DNA of 64,000 nt from Actinomycetota bacterium (GCA_030681835.1 JAUXRN010000075.1:1561-65560); one strand, 5' to 3'. Numbered from the stretch's first letter, positions 26,917-37,194 are shown. Notes: generated by a model from the letters alone, not told the origin. Translations and numbers: made by a program.

Positions 26917-27765
26917 CTAACGCTGCGGGAAGTACTTGCGGTGCTTGCCGAACGACTCGAGATACGCAGTGGCTCCGTTCGCGGCTACGAACTCGGTGAC
27001 CCCCTCGTGGTCAGCCGCACCGGGCGTCCAGTCGTAGGTGTAGCCCAGTCGCGTCCACGGGAATCCGTAGCAGCGCTCGGTATTCCAGTTCACTGCGCAC
27101 GACACCGCGGCCTTCGGATGGAACGCTGACGGCAGCCGCCAGGCGTAGTTCGCCTGCGTCCACAGGAATGACGCGAGGTCGGTGGATCCGACCGTGCTCG
27201 GGACCGGATCCGCCGCAGATCCGGACGCAACCTGCTCTGGGCAGGAGCGCACAGTCACCCGCGGGTCGGTGCATGGTCTGAACATGTCCGACGGCTTGAC
27301 CCAGAAGCGAATGATGTAGTCGTAGTCAGCGTCCGGGGGGAGCCCGACGATCTGCCTGAGCTGGAGATCGAGTGCCGCATCGTCCATGCGCCGGCACTTG
27401 TACGCCGCGCATGCCTGCGCCAGGTCGCGCGGGACCGATACCCATCGATCGCCCGGCAACTGGAACTTCTGACCAGGATCCACTCCGGTGAACGGCGCGC
27501 CGCGCAACTGCCCCACCAGGAGGTATTGCTCGCCGTCGATCACCTTCCACTGGGTGCGGCCATCGCTTGGTGACAGCACGAGCAGGTTGGTCACGACCTC
27601 GTCCGGCCTGGCAACGGCCGAGTCGATGATCGCATCGCGGTAGGCGCTCCAGATCGACGCGGGGAACGTCGGTGTCGGCGGCGTGGCCGCACCGGCATTG
27701 CCGGCGATCGCCGTGGCAGCCAGCAGGGATGCCCCGATGCTGAGCCCGATCCGCGCCGCACGCAT
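26917..27765 (-). CDS. Secreted hypothetical protein
   Basis: It has a signal peptide (MRAARIGLSIGASLLAATAIAGNAGAA), several Cys pairs and backbone-like GC3. Confidence 0.7.
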   Translation of the reverse strand: MRAARIGLSIGASLLAATAIAGNAGAATPPTPTFPASIWSAYRDAIIDSAVARPDEVVTNLLVLSPSDGRTQWKVIDGEQYLLVGQLRGAPFTGVDPGQKFQLPGDRWVSVPRDLAQACAAYKCRRMDDAALDLQLRQIVGLPPDADYDYIIRFWVKPSDMFRPCTDPRVTVRSCPEQVASGSAADPVPSTVGSTDLASFLWTQANYAWRLPSAFHPKAAVSCAVNWNTERCYGFPWTRLGYTYDWTPGAADHEGVTEFVAANGATAYLESFGKHRKYFPQR

Positions 27766-27896
27766 GAGCGGACCCTAGCGATGCGAGAGTCCGAACAGGT
27801 CGAGAACCGCCACGATCGCACGTGGCTGACGAAACGCACGGATTCGGCTCACCTGATCCACTCGCGTGCTCGGATCTGCAAGTGGATAGAGATCAC

Positions 27897-28145
27897 TCAG
27901 GCGCTGCCCAACAGCTCCGGCCCCGCAGTCGGCGAGACCGACAGCAGCGTGAGGTTGAGATCCCGGATCTTGGCGAGCAGGCCGTGCAGTTCCGCCTGGT
28001 CGACGACGGCGCCTGTCAGAGACGTCGTGCCGTCCGCCTCGTGGGTGATCTCGAAGCCGTCGAACCACGCTTCGCGCCTTGCGGGAAGGCGGCTCGCGAC
28101 GCGCACCACGTAGGTGACGGACCCGTTGTCGGGGATACGGGTCAT
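27897..28145 (-). CDS. Small hypothetical protein (82 aa)
   Basis: ATG 28145 overlaps the stop of the upstream membrane-protein gene (ATGA). GC3 is coding-like. The long ORF reaching 28886 is antisense-frame run-on. Confidence 0.55.
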   Translation of the reverse strand: MTRIPDNGSVTYVVRVASRLPARREAWFDGFEITHEADGTTSLTGAVVDQAELHGLLAKIRDLNLTLLSVSPTAGPELLGSA

Positions 28146-28831
28146 GAGGTCAGCACCGCCGGGCGCGGAGCGCCGACCCGTGGGCGCCTGCGCATCCCGC
28201 GGCGGATGATGACCTCCGCGACGGCCAGGTTGATGAGCCAGGCCGAGCCCAGCGAGACGTCGTGGGCGACCACGCCGGTGCCGAGGATCGCCGCTCCGAA
28301 GCCGAGGGTGAACATCTGGGTGGCCGCGGCAAGCGCGATCGCGTAGGCGCGGATCATCCAGGCTCGGTGGGCAGCCACATCGCCGCGGCGGACTGTGGCC
28401 ACCCCGAGCACGAGGCAGGCGGCCATGAGGGAGCTGAACGCGATCCGCAGCATGAAGGCGATCTCGCCGCTGCCGGGCTGCCGGGCGTAGCGAATGGTCA
28501 TCCACAAGGCGGAGATCGCCACCGCCAGACCGAGGGCGACGGTGATCCGACCGGCCATACGGTGCCACCCCGGGTAGCGACGGCGCAGGCCGCCGGAGAG
28601 CTGCAGGGCACCGAGCACGGCGAACCCGATCGCTCCCACCACATGGGCGGCGATGGGCAGCGGCGAGCTGGTCATCCGGGGGTCGGCCGGGAGGGTGGCA
28701 GGGCCGCCGGCAAGCTCCACGAGGCGGAGCGTGCCCGCGATAGCGGGGAAGGCGACGAAGGCAACGAGGACCAGCTGCACCCACCCGACCGCACGAGGCG
28801 GCCGGGTGGGGCGGGCTGCTGGGGAGCTCAT
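28142..28831 (-). CDS. DUF2306-like integral membrane protein
   Basis: About six predicted TM helices. ATG 28831 overlaps the upstream stop (ATGA). The family call is from memory of similar actinobacterial proteins. Confidence 0.65.
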   Translation of the reverse strand: MSSPAARPTRPPRAVGWVQLVLVAFVAFPAIAGTLRLVELAGGPATLPADPRMTSSPLPIAAHVVGAIGFAVLGALQLSGGLRRRYPGWHRMAGRITVALGLAVAISALWMTIRYARQPGSGEIAFMLRIAFSSLMAACLVLGVATVRRGDVAAHRAWMIRAYAIALAAATQMFTLGFGAAILGTGVVAHDVSLGSAWLINLAVAEVIIRRGMRRRPRVGAPRPAVLTS

Positions 28832-29511
28832 CGGGCAACCGGCGCATCGAGCACGTTGGCCATGACGGCGACGGGTGCGGCAGCATCCGAGGCGCGGGTG
28901 AACAGCGAGTAGCCCAGGCCGATCATCGCGATGCCCGTCGGGATGGCGAGCAGGCGATCGTTGAAGTCGGGGAGCATCGCCAGCAGGACGGTGGCGATGG
29001 TGCCGGCGGACAGCACGACCGCCGCCCAGCGGGCCAGGACGTTCGCCCGGAACAAGGCGATGCCGAAGACGAGCCCGCCGAGCATGTAGGCCAGGCCGCC
29101 GACGGTGCTGAGCGTGGAGAGCGCCCCGATGTCGGCGGTGGAGGTCCCGCCGCCGAGGCCGGCCAGGACGCTGTCGACGTACCCGGGGGCGAACCCGGCG
29201 ACGGTCGGGAGGATGGTCACGCTGATGACCGTGATGGTCAGGATGGAAAGGAATCCCGCGGCGAAGACCGAGCCGCCGATGAGTCCCAGGACCCCTGACT
29301 GCCGGACCTGCCGCAGGTACATGCCGGTGATGCCGATGAGTCCGAGCAGGGCCATGGCGACCTTGGCGTACTCGCGGACGAAGTACTCGGTGGTGGTGGC
29401 GAAGGCCGCGTCGAGCGTGGGGTGCCCGATCTGGACGGCGACGAAGAGTGCCCCCGAGGCGATGGCGGCGATGCCGGCGGTCCGGGTCAGTGCGGTGGGC
29501 GTGATGGACAT
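28828..29511 (-). CDS. Integral membrane protein, unknown function
   Basis: 227-aa ORF that is hydrophobic throughout (multiple TM helices). It is first in a three-gene minus-strand operon. Confidence 0.7.
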   Translation of the reverse strand: MSITPTALTRTAGIAAIASGALFVAVQIGHPTLDAAFATTTEYFVREYAKVAMALLGLIGITGMYLRQVRQSGVLGLIGGSVFAAGFLSILTITVISVTILPTVAGFAPGYVDSVLAGLGGGTSTADIGALSTLSTVGGLAYMLGGLVFGIALFRANVLARWAAVVLSAGTIATVLLAMLPDFNDRLLAIPTGIAMIGLGYSLFTRASDAAAPVAVMANVLDAPVAR

Positions 29512-29634
29512 GTGCGCTCCTGGTGTCAGGTCCGGGCGGGCTTGCCTCGGTACCTGGACGGTAGGAACGAACAGGGTGACGGCGCGTCACCCAATGATGT
29601 GACCGACGGGGTGATTCCCCGCGGCTCGCCTGCC

Positions 29635-32337
29635 CTAGATGAGCCCCCGCTCGCGGGCGCGGGCGACGGCGGCGCGCCGGCTGGTGACGTCCAGCTTGGT
29701 GAAGATCCGCTTGGTGTGGGTCCGCATGGTGTTGTGGGAGATGAACAGCTCGCGCGCGATCTGCGGGCCGGTCAGCTCGGTGTCGAGCATCCGCAGCACG
29801 GCCCGCTCCCGCTCGCTGAGCGCATCCGCGCCCGCAGGTCCCGGGTGCTTGCGTGCGGCCCGCGGCCGGGCCGCCCGGGCACGGACCCGGTCGGCCTTCT
29901 CAGCCTCTGGTCCCGGCAGCGCGGCCTCGGCCAGCAGGGGCTCGAGCACGCCCCAGTCCGAGGCGAACAGGTCCGCGAACGCCTGCGGCTCGGGCAAGCG
30001 CACCAAGGCGTCCGCGAGCACGCCCGCGGCTCCCGTGGCGTCACCCATGCGGTCGCGGATCAGCGCCTCGCAGACGGCGATCTCGAGGAGGCTCCCGAGT
30101 CGTCCGGCTTCAGCGGCGTGCTCCCTGAGCGCCTGGAGCCGCTCGGCCTGCTCTGCGAGGATTCCGGCTCCGCCTGATGGCGCGAGGGCGAGCTGCAGCC
30201 GGACGCGCGTGAGGTCCTCGTACTCGCGGAGGTACTCGGACCTGCCGCCACGGGCGCCGGCCCCTGCCTCCGCCCACCGCACGGCCTCGGCGATGTTTCC
30301 GCGCCGAAGGTCGATGCGGGCCCTGATCGCGGGAATCGGGCGGACCTCGGGCAGGAAGAGCGGCCGGTACATCGCCTCGGCCTGCTCGAGGCAGGCCACC
30401 GCGGCGTCGTAGTCGCCCTCAGCGGCGCGCAGGTCAGCCAATGCCACGTACCAGCGGAAGCCTCCCTCGCCGATGCCCTCGGGGTCGCTCAGCCGTGCAG
30501 CGTCATCGAGGTGGCGCCGGGCCGACTCGGGATCCCCCGCGCCGGTCGCGAGCTGGCTCGCCGCCACGTGCAGGTAGGCCGCCGCCCGGTCGGCCTGCGC
30601 GCCATGCTGCTCGGCACGCGCGAGCGCGGCTGCGTTCAGGCGTGCTGCCTCGCTCGGGCAGCCGGAGACGACCCACATGTCCGCCAGCGCCACCGTGCTG
30701 ATCAGCTCGTCGACGATGTTCCCGCCTGCGTGGAGGCTGGCCAGCGCCTGGGCGAAGACGGTCCGCGCCTCGACGATGTCGCCGACCGACCAGGCCGCGA
30801 GCCCGAGGAAGCCCGCTGCCGAGCCGCGGGCGAAGTGGTCATCGGGACCGGCGAGGTCGAGGGCGCGAGCGGCCTGCTCGCGCATCGTGGCCACGTCGCC
30901 CCTGGCCTGCGCGATCGCCGCGCGGTACGTGGCGATCGTCGCCGGGAGGGTCCGCAGCGCGTCGGTCTGCGCCCATTGCGAACGGGCGTCCTCGCCTGCG
31001 CGGGACAGGGCCACCTCGGCCTCGGCGAACCGGCGGTCGGCGGAATCGAGGTCCCCGGCGACCAGGCTCATGTGGCCGGAGTAGACCGCCAGTACGGGAC
31101 GGGCGGTGATCTCCTCCGCCGGCAGAGCGGCCAGCCAGTCCGCGAGCAGAGACTCGCGCCGCTCCCGGAGGATGGCGGGGATCGCCAGCTCCACCAGGAA
31201 GGCGGCGCGCGGGACGTCGCCCGCGGCGAACGCGTGCGCGATGGCCTCGTCGAGCAGCCCCTTCGCCTCGAGCCACGCGCTCGCGCGGCGGTGCAGGTCC
31301 GCTGCCAGGCCCGGGTGGTCGCTGAGGAGGGTGGCGCGGAGGACGTCGGCGAACAGATGGTGGTAGCGGTACCACTCGCGGCGGTCATCCAGCGGGACGA
31401 GGAAGAGGTTGCTGCGCTCGAGGGAGGCGAGGCGGTCCTTGCCGTTCGACTGCCCGGTGACGGCGTCGCACAAGGGTCCGCTGAAGGTGTCCAGCAGGCT
31501 GGTGCGCAGGAGGAACTCCCGCACGTCGTCAGGCTGGCGCGCGAGCACCTCGTCGACCAGGTAGTCGACGACGTACCGGTCATCCCCGGCGAAGCTGGCG
31601 ATGAAGGAGTGGGCATCCTCGCGTCCTTGGACGGAGAGCGCGGCGAGCTGGAGTGCCGCGATCCAGCCTTCCGTGCGCGCTTCCAGGGACGCGACGTCGG
31701 ACGGCGCCAGGGCCAGCCCCATCGAGTCGTTGAGGTAGCTGACGGCCTCGTCGAGGGTGAACCGCAGGTCGGTCACGCGGATCTCCATCAGCTGGCCCCG
31801 TGCCCGCATCTGCGCAAGCGGCAGCCCCGGATCCGCCCGGGTCGCCAGGATGAGATGCGCGTTGCCGGGCAGGTGCTCGACGAAGAACTCGACGCTGGAG
31901 CGGACGTCCGACGCCTCGACCAGGTGGAGGTCGTCGAGGACGATCGTCAGGGGCGTGGCGAGGCGGTCGATGTCGTTGAGCAGGGACGTGACGACCGATT
32001 CGGTGGACGAGGCGGGAAGTGCGAGGAGCGCCAAGGCCTGGCTGCCGACGCCGTGCGCTGCCGCGTCGACCGCCGATGCCAGGTACGTCCAGAAGGCCAC
32101 GGGATCGTTGTCGCGCGACGTCAGAGACACCCACGCGACGGCGTGCGACTGCAGGCGGGCCGACTCGGCCCACTGGCTGACGAGGGTGGTCTTGCCGAAG
32201 CCGGCCGGAGCGGAGACAAGGGTCACGGGGACGCTGGCGCTCCGGCTCAGCTGGTCCAGCAACCGCTGGCGCGCGATCGCCTCGGGCCGGAGCGAAGGGA
32301 TGCGGAGCTTGGTCTCCAGCAGTGTCATGGCCATCAT
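29635..32337 (-). CDS. LAL/MalT-type large ATP-binding LuxR-family transcriptional regulator
   Basis: Walker A SAPAGFGKTTL, a TPR-like central region, and a C-terminal LuxR HTH (LSERERAVLRMLDTELTGPQIARELFISHNTMRTHTKRIFTKL). The start was set at ATG 32337 (MMAMTLLETKLRIP). Confidence 0.9.
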   Translation of the reverse strand: MMAMTLLETKLRIPSLRPEAIARQRLLDQLSRSASVPVTLVSAPAGFGKTTLVSQWAESARLQSHAVAWVSLTSRDNDPVAFWTYLASAVDAAAHGVGSQALALLALPASSTESVVTSLLNDIDRLATPLTIVLDDLHLVEASDVRSSVEFFVEHLPGNAHLILATRADPGLPLAQMRARGQLMEIRVTDLRFTLDEAVSYLNDSMGLALAPSDVASLEARTEGWIAALQLAALSVQGREDAHSFIASFAGDDRYVVDYLVDEVLARQPDDVREFLLRTSLLDTFSGPLCDAVTGQSNGKDRLASLERSNLFLVPLDDRREWYRYHHLFADVLRATLLSDHPGLAADLHRRASAWLEAKGLLDEAIAHAFAAGDVPRAAFLVELAIPAILRERRESLLADWLAALPAEEITARPVLAVYSGHMSLVAGDLDSADRRFAEAEVALSRAGEDARSQWAQTDALRTLPATIATYRAAIAQARGDVATMREQAARALDLAGPDDHFARGSAAGFLGLAAWSVGDIVEARTVFAQALASLHAGGNIVDELISTVALADMWVVSGCPSEAARLNAAALARAEQHGAQADRAAAYLHVAASQLATGAGDPESARRHLDDAARLSDPEGIGEGGFRWYVALADLRAAEGDYDAAVACLEQAEAMYRPLFLPEVRPIPAIRARIDLRRGNIAEAVRWAEAGAGARGGRSEYLREYEDLTRVRLQLALAPSGGAGILAEQAERLQALREHAAEAGRLGSLLEIAVCEALIRDRMGDATGAAGVLADALVRLPEPQAFADLFASDWGVLEPLLAEAALPGPEAEKADRVRARAARPRAARKHPGPAGADALSERERAVLRMLDTELTGPQIARELFISHNTMRTHTKRIFTKLDVTSRRAAVARARERGLI

Positions 32338-32458
32338 GCTCCCGCGCTGTCGCCGGCCTTCACCCGGAAGCAGCCACCATAGTTGCTCATCGGGCGGGCC
32401 TGGCCGTTCCACCGTGGCAGTAGCCTGCGAGGGCGGTGCGCAGACTGACGGAGAGTCC

Positions 32459-33226
32459 ATGAGCAGGCGAGCGATCCGCGAGGCCATCGCCGTCGGCGGA
32501 GCGTGCGTGGTCATGCTGGCGGGAGTCATCTCAGGCGCTGCACCCGCCCAGGCGCGCGAGCTCGAGGCCGTCGACGTCACCAGCGCCACCACCCGCAACC
32601 TGTGGGTGGCGCCGCTGTGGAGGCAGTACGGAGCCGGGGTCTTCCGGCAGGAGGACTACCAGGCCTCCCCCGAGGGTCGCTTCGTGTACACCATGGAAGT
32701 CGGCGAGATGTGGGACAACGGGAGGCGATGCGTCCTCACCCGCAATGGCACGGTGATCATCGACGGGAAGTGCAAGGACAGCATCCCGTGGGGCGGCCTG
32801 GAGCTGCCCGGATCCGGCAAGTACTCCTTGGCATTCAACGGCCGCCGGGTCGCATCGTGGACGTTCACGATGCCGACGGACGTCCCGACGCCGCTGGCGC
32901 CGGCCGCGTGCGCGATCACCTCGTTCAAGCCCGGCCTCGTCAGCGAACTCGGGCCGACCTTCCAGGTCACCACGAACGGGCTGTGCAGCGGCGGCTACTG
33001 GTACTACCAGGCCGACTACCCCGGCGGCGGGCAGGCGTACCGGCGCTTCCGGCTGCCCGCCGACGGCGTCTTCCTCGTCCGGGTCCTCATCTCCAATACT
33101 GATGCCGTGACCCTGACCGTCGCTTTCCTGCCCCGCGACTACCAGGTGCTGACCGCCTCGTCGCTGGCGACGCCCGCGGGGGCGACGCCGGCGTGGCGTG
33201 CGGTGCCCCAGCAGATCGGCTCCTGA
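32459..33226 (+). CDS. Secreted hypothetical protein
   Basis: ATG 32459 follows GGAGAG. It has a signal peptide ending AQA and is divergent from the LuxR gene. Confidence 0.7.
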   Translation: MSRRAIREAIAVGGACVVMLAGVISGAAPAQARELEAVDVTSATTRNLWVAPLWRQYGAGVFRQEDYQASPEGRFVYTMEVGEMWDNGRRCVLTRNGTVIIDGKCKDSIPWGGLELPGSGKYSLAFNGRRVASWTFTMPTDVPTPLAPAACAITSFKPGLVSELGPTFQVTTNGLCSGGYWYYQADYPGGGQAYRRFRLPADGVFLVRVLISNTDAVTLTVAFLPRDYQVLTASSLATPAGATPAWRAVPQQIGS

Positions 33227-33831
33227 TGGATGCCGGTCGCCAGTCGCCGACTGCGCGCGTGCGGCTATGCACGCTGGACGACGTCGATGCGGTGGCGTCG
33301 ATGGTGGCGGCTGCCTTCGCCACGGACCCGGCTTGGGCGTTCATGATCGGGCCGGGCAGGCCTGGTGCGATGGAGGCGTTCGCCCGCGCCCTGCTCGTGC
33401 CGCGGATCGGCCGGGGGACGGCGTGGGTCACCGACGACTGCGCGGCCGTCGCGATGTGGGACCGCGTCGCCGTTGGGGGCACGGTCGACGACGGCCATGC
33501 CGCGCTCTGGGCCGCATTCCGGGCCGAGGTCGGCGAGGAGACATGGGCACGGCTCCAGGCGTACGAGGCAGCGCTCAAGTCGGTCGCCCCCGTGCGGCCG
33601 TACTGGTACCTCGGGGTGCTGGCCACCCACCCCGGCCAGCAGGGCCGCGGCCTGGCGAGCGCGGTGCTCGTCCCGGGCCTGGCGGCGGCCGAGGCCGAGG
33701 GCTGGGACTGCTGGCTGGAGACGTCGACTCCGGCCAACAAGTCCTTCTACGCCGGTCGCGGCTTCACCGACGCCGTACCGGTCGACGTGCCCGGCGGTCC
33801 CCCGACCTGGTGGCTGCGGCGTCCCGCCTGA
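33226..33831 (+). CDS. GNAT-family N-acetyltransferase (copy 1)
   Basis: Acetyl-CoA motif HPGQQGRGLASAVL. The start overlaps the upstream stop (TGATG). It has a close paralog at 38423-39022. Confidence 0.8.
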   Translation: MDAGRQSPTARVRLCTLDDVDAVASMVAAAFATDPAWAFMIGPGRPGAMEAFARALLVPRIGRGTAWVTDDCAAVAMWDRVAVGGTVDDGHAALWAAFRAEVGEETWARLQAYEAALKSVAPVRPYWYLGVLATHPGQQGRGLASAVLVPGLAAAEAEGWDCWLETSTPANKSFYAGRGFTDAVPVDVPGGPPTWWLRRPA

Positions 33832-34096
33832 GCGAAGCGGCCGGGAGGCGTCGGCGGGCAGGCTATTACGCCCCAGGAGCAGCCGTTCTTGCAGAGCGCC
33901 CCGTAGTTGCCGATGCCGAACCACATCGGTGGCGTCCCCAGAAGTGATTCCAGCAGCGGAATCCACGCGATCGCATTGAGGATGCCCTGCAGTCGCTCAT
34001 CGCGCGGCGGGCTCTCCAAGGTGGCCCCGGATGCTCGGACGGTTTGGTCGAGCGTAGGCACCGCGGAGACCATGCTCGTGGCCTGTCGGCCGTGGT

Positions 34097-35707
34097 TCAC
34101 ATGGCGAGAATGCTGCGGAACCCGAGCCACAGCCCAGCGGCCACGACCGTGACCGCCGCGATCACCGGGAGCAGGCGCAGCGCCGCGGCGATCGGCAACG
34201 GGACGGCCGCCCCGGCGGCGACTCGTCGCGACAGACCACCAGCCCGGACGAGCACGAGACCCGTCAGGCACAGCGTGAGGGCCATGCCCATGCCGTAGGC
34301 CACCACGAGGAGCAGCGCGAACCACGAGCGGCCGAGGGCGAACCCGGCGAGCAGCACGACGACCGCCGACGGGGACGGAACGAGGCCACCGGCGAGGCCG
34401 AGTGCGACGAACCGGCGGGTTGCGGGCCGCTGCACAACCGGTGCGTGCGACCGCGCGGCCACTCGCAGGGCGCCGGGCGCAGCGTCGTGCCCGTGATCGT
34501 GCTGACCGTGATCGTCGTGCCGGTGTTCGTCGTGCCCGTGGTCGTGGTGGTCATGGCCGGGATGACCCGGGGCGTGATCGTCGTGATCGTGATCGTGCGC
34601 GTGTGGGTGCGGATGTGAGTGCGCATGCCCGCCGCGGCGCGCCTGGCGGAGCAGGCTCACCCCGACGGCCACCGCGATGACGGCACTGGCCAGGCCCAGC
34701 CACGGGTACGCGGACTCGGCTGCGACGGCCGACGAGAGCGTGAGAGCCACGGCGAGGATGACGACGCCCGCGGTGTGCGAGACGGTGACGGACGCGCCGA
34801 GGGCGAAGGCGTCGCGACGTCGGCCCGTGGTGCCGACGAGCGCAGCCGCCATCATCGTCTTGCCGTGGCCGGGAGCCATGGCATGTAGGCCGCCCAGGAA
34901 GACGGCGATGAGGACCGCGAGCAGGGCGAAGCCGACGGTCACGTCCTGCCGGCCGATGAGGTCGGTGAACGCCCGGGCGGCGCCGTCCAGGCCGATGGGG
35001 GCCAGCGCAGATGCCGTGGCGCTCGCGGGGTCGGACACGGGCGGCTGAAGTGCTGCGGCGGGAGCACCCGCAGCGGCGACACCCGCGATGCCCCCTGCGC
35101 CACCCCAGCCGATCGCGACGGACGTGACGTCCATCGTGGAGCCGTCGACGGGGTAGGCGGTGAGGCGCTGGCTCGGCGAGGAGTCCGGGGCCCCCGACGT
35201 GACAGCGATGCCGTCGCCGACCGCGGTGATCTCATGCCAGCCCGCCCGCCCCTGAGCAACGTCGACGTTGGCCTCGAACGTCCGCGCGCCGGCCACGTCG
35301 GCGCTGAGCCCGCACTCCAGACGGGTTGTCGGCAGGCCGCCCTCGCCTTCGGGGAAGGTGATGGTCGCCGGGCCGGTGGACCACGCCACGGGCCCGAGGT
35401 CGGTCGTGGCGACGATCCGCGTCGCAGCGGCCGCGCAGCGCGCGGTGGCCCAGGCGTCTGCCTCGGCCGAGCTCACGGCGCCGTCGCCGTCGGCGTCCAT
35501 TGCCGAGCGCTCCTGGAACGTCGGGATCTCGGCGAGGTCCAGCACGTGGTCGACGGCGACGCTGTCGGTGCTCACGGAGAATCCGACGTAGGTGTTGTGG
35601 GTGAAGTTTCCGAGCGGGTGGGCGCTCGCGACGGGCGAGAGCGCCGTCACCAGCCCGACGCCAATAGTCGCGGTCGCGATGAGCGCGGCCACGCGTGCGC
35701 GCGTCAC
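34097..35707 (-). CDS. Nickel/cobalt transporter (NicO/RcnA-like) with an N-terminal extracytoplasmic domain and a His-rich loop
   Basis: GTG 35707 overlaps the TPR gene stop (GTGA). It has a signal/TM segment, the motif GGLHAMAPGHGKTMMAA, and a loop HAHSHPHPHAHDHDHDDHAPGHPGHDHHDHGHDEHRHDDHGQHDHGHD. Confidence 0.8.
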   Translation of the reverse strand: MTRARVAALIATATIGVGLVTALSPVASAHPLGNFTHNTYVGFSVSTDSVAVDHVLDLAEIPTFQERSAMDADGDGAVSSAEADAWATARCAAAATRIVATTDLGPVAWSTGPATITFPEGEGGLPTTRLECGLSADVAGARTFEANVDVAQGRAGWHEITAVGDGIAVTSGAPDSSPSQRLTAYPVDGSTMDVTSVAIGWGGAGGIAGVAAAGAPAAALQPPVSDPASATASALAPIGLDGAARAFTDLIGRQDVTVGFALLAVLIAVFLGGLHAMAPGHGKTMMAAALVGTTGRRRDAFALGASVTVSHTAGVVILAVALTLSSAVAAESAYPWLGLASAVIAVAVGVSLLRQARRGGHAHSHPHPHAHDHDHDDHAPGHPGHDHHDHGHDEHRHDDHGQHDHGHDAAPGALRVAARSHAPVVQRPATRRFVALGLAGGLVPSPSAVVVLLAGFALGRSWFALLLVVAYGMGMALTLCLTGLVLVRAGGLSRRVAAGAAVPLPIAAALRLLPVIAAVTVVAAGLWLGFRSILAM

Positions 35708-37194
35708 GACGCGGTCCCGAGGCCGGCGAGCGCCGCGCGGGCACGCTCGGTGAGCAGGGGGTCGAGGGTCGGGCTGAGGTCCAGCCCGGTGCGCAGCAGC
35801 TCTGTCGCCCGAGCCTCGTCGCCGTTGGCCGCGTGGGCGAGCCCCGCATGCAGGAGGAGCCGCGGGTCCAGCGTGCCCAGGGCGAGCGCGCGGTCGGCCA
35901 TCGTGGCCGCCTCGGCCGCCTGGCCGTCGGCGAGCAGTGCCCAGGCGAGCGCGTCGTATCCGTAGACGTCCTGGCGCACGCGCAGCTCGGCGCGCGCATC
36001 GCGCACCGCGGCGTCGGTGTCCACTCCCCGATCGGCTCGGGACAGGACGATCGCCCTGCTGGCGAGTTGCTGGACCGACTCCAGCCGGGCCACGACGTCG
36101 ACCGTCCCGTACGCCACCTCGGCTCCGGCAGTGTCGCCGAGGGCCGTGCGGACGTCGCCGAGCGCGGTGAGCGTCTCGGGGAGCGGCACGATCCCGGTGG
36201 AAGCGGCCAGTGCCTCCTCGGCTCCGACGAGGTCGCCGGAGGCGGCGCGGGCGCGGCCCAGGCCGGCGAGCGCGGCGTGCCAACCGGGCGCGGCGGCGAG
36301 GGCCGACTCGTATGCGCCGAGCGCGATCGCGTAGCGGCCTTCGTCGAGGGCAAGCTTGCCGACGAGCAGGTCGTAGCCCGCGCGCGCGGTGCCCACGATC
36401 CCGGTCGTCGTGGCGATGGCGCGGGCGCGGGCCGCGATGGTGGCGGCGCCGACCGGGTCGCCGCCGAGGGCGGCCCAGCGCGCCTGTCGGAACAGCACCT
36501 GCGGGGAGGCGGGCGCGAGGCGGGCGAGGGCGGCGAGGAATCCCTCGGCATCGGCGTACTGGCCGGTCTCGAATGCTGCGTCGTAGGCGGCGCCCAGGGC
36601 ACCGAGGTGGTCGTGGATCACGGCGAGGACGCGCTGCGCGTCCGTCGCGGCGCCCGCGAAGTCATGGGTGGTGACGCGCGCGGCGGCGCGCGCAGCGAGG
36701 AGGTCCAGGTCGCCGGGGGCGGACGCGACCGCCTGGTCCAGGCTGGCCAGGGCCCGCGCGTAGCTGTCGGCATCGCCGGTCACGGCGGCCCGCTGCAGTA
36801 GCAGCTGAGCCCGAAGGGCGAGCTGCCCCGGGGACGCCGCGAGGTCAGACGCGGCGACCACCCGATCGAGGGTGGCCTGCGCGGCGGCGTCGGCCAGGGG
36901 GATGCCTACCGGTCCGGTGGCCGCCTCGGGAGCGGTGTCGACGTCCTGCGCGTCGGACACGGGGAACTCGACGTAGGCGGTGGCCTCGGCATCGGACGAG
37001 GCCGCCCGGACGAGATAGGCGGTCGCGATGACCACGAGGGCGAACGCGATGACCGCGCTGGCCGGACCGATCCGGCGACGGCGCGGTGGGCGCACCGGCG
37101 CGGGGGCCGGGTCAGCAAGGGCGAGGGTGATGGGCACGACGAGCCTCTCGGGTCGGTGGGGTCGGGACTTCACCAGCGAGGTGGGACGCGGCAC
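35704..37194 (-). CDS. Membrane-anchored tetratricopeptide (TPR) repeat protein
   Basis: It has an N-terminal TM helix followed by Ala/Leu-rich TPR-like helical repeats. It is the middle gene of the DUF4331-TPR-transporter operon. The exact start is uncertain. Confidence 0.7.
   Translation of the reverse strand: MPRPTSLVKSRPHRPERLVVPITLALADPAPAPVRPPRRRRIGPASAVIAFALVVIATAYLVRAASSDAEATAYVEFPVSDAQDVDTAPEAATGPVGIPLADAAAQATLDRVVAASDLAASPGQLALRAQLLLQRAAVTGDADSYARALASLDQAVASAPGDLDLLAARAAARVTTHDFAGAATDAQRVLAVIHDHLGALGAAYDAAFETGQYADAEGFLAALARLAPASPQVLFRQARWAALGGDPVGAATIAARARAIATTTGIVGTARAGYDLLVGKLALDEGRYAIALGAYESALAAAPGWHAALAGLGRARAASGDLVGAEEALAASTGIVPLPETLTALGDVRTALGDTAGAEVAYGTVDVVARLESVQQLASRAIVLSRADRGVDTDAAVRDARAELRVRQDVYGYDALAWALLADGQAAEAATMADRALALGTLDPRLLLHAGLAHAANGDEARATELLRTGLDLSPTLDPLLTERARAALAGLGTAS

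Noticed and set aside
34440-34625. CAC/GAC-rich low-complexity DNA that might be taken for a microsatellite or assembly artefact
   Set aside because: It is in frame within the transporter and encodes a His/Asp-rich metal-binding loop. It is not a strict nucleotide tandem repeat.
34097-36283. 728-aa version of the Ni/Co transporter ORF
   Set aside because: The N-terminal 190 aa are Arg/Pro/Gly run-on overlapping the TPR gene. GTG 35707 (GTGA coupling) gives a proper signal/TM start.
35232-36602. 456-aa minus-strand ORF and other long overlapping ORFs in 35.2-37.2 kb
   Set aside because: These are alternative frames of the TPR and transporter genes, with Pro/Arg/Ser-rich nonsense composition.
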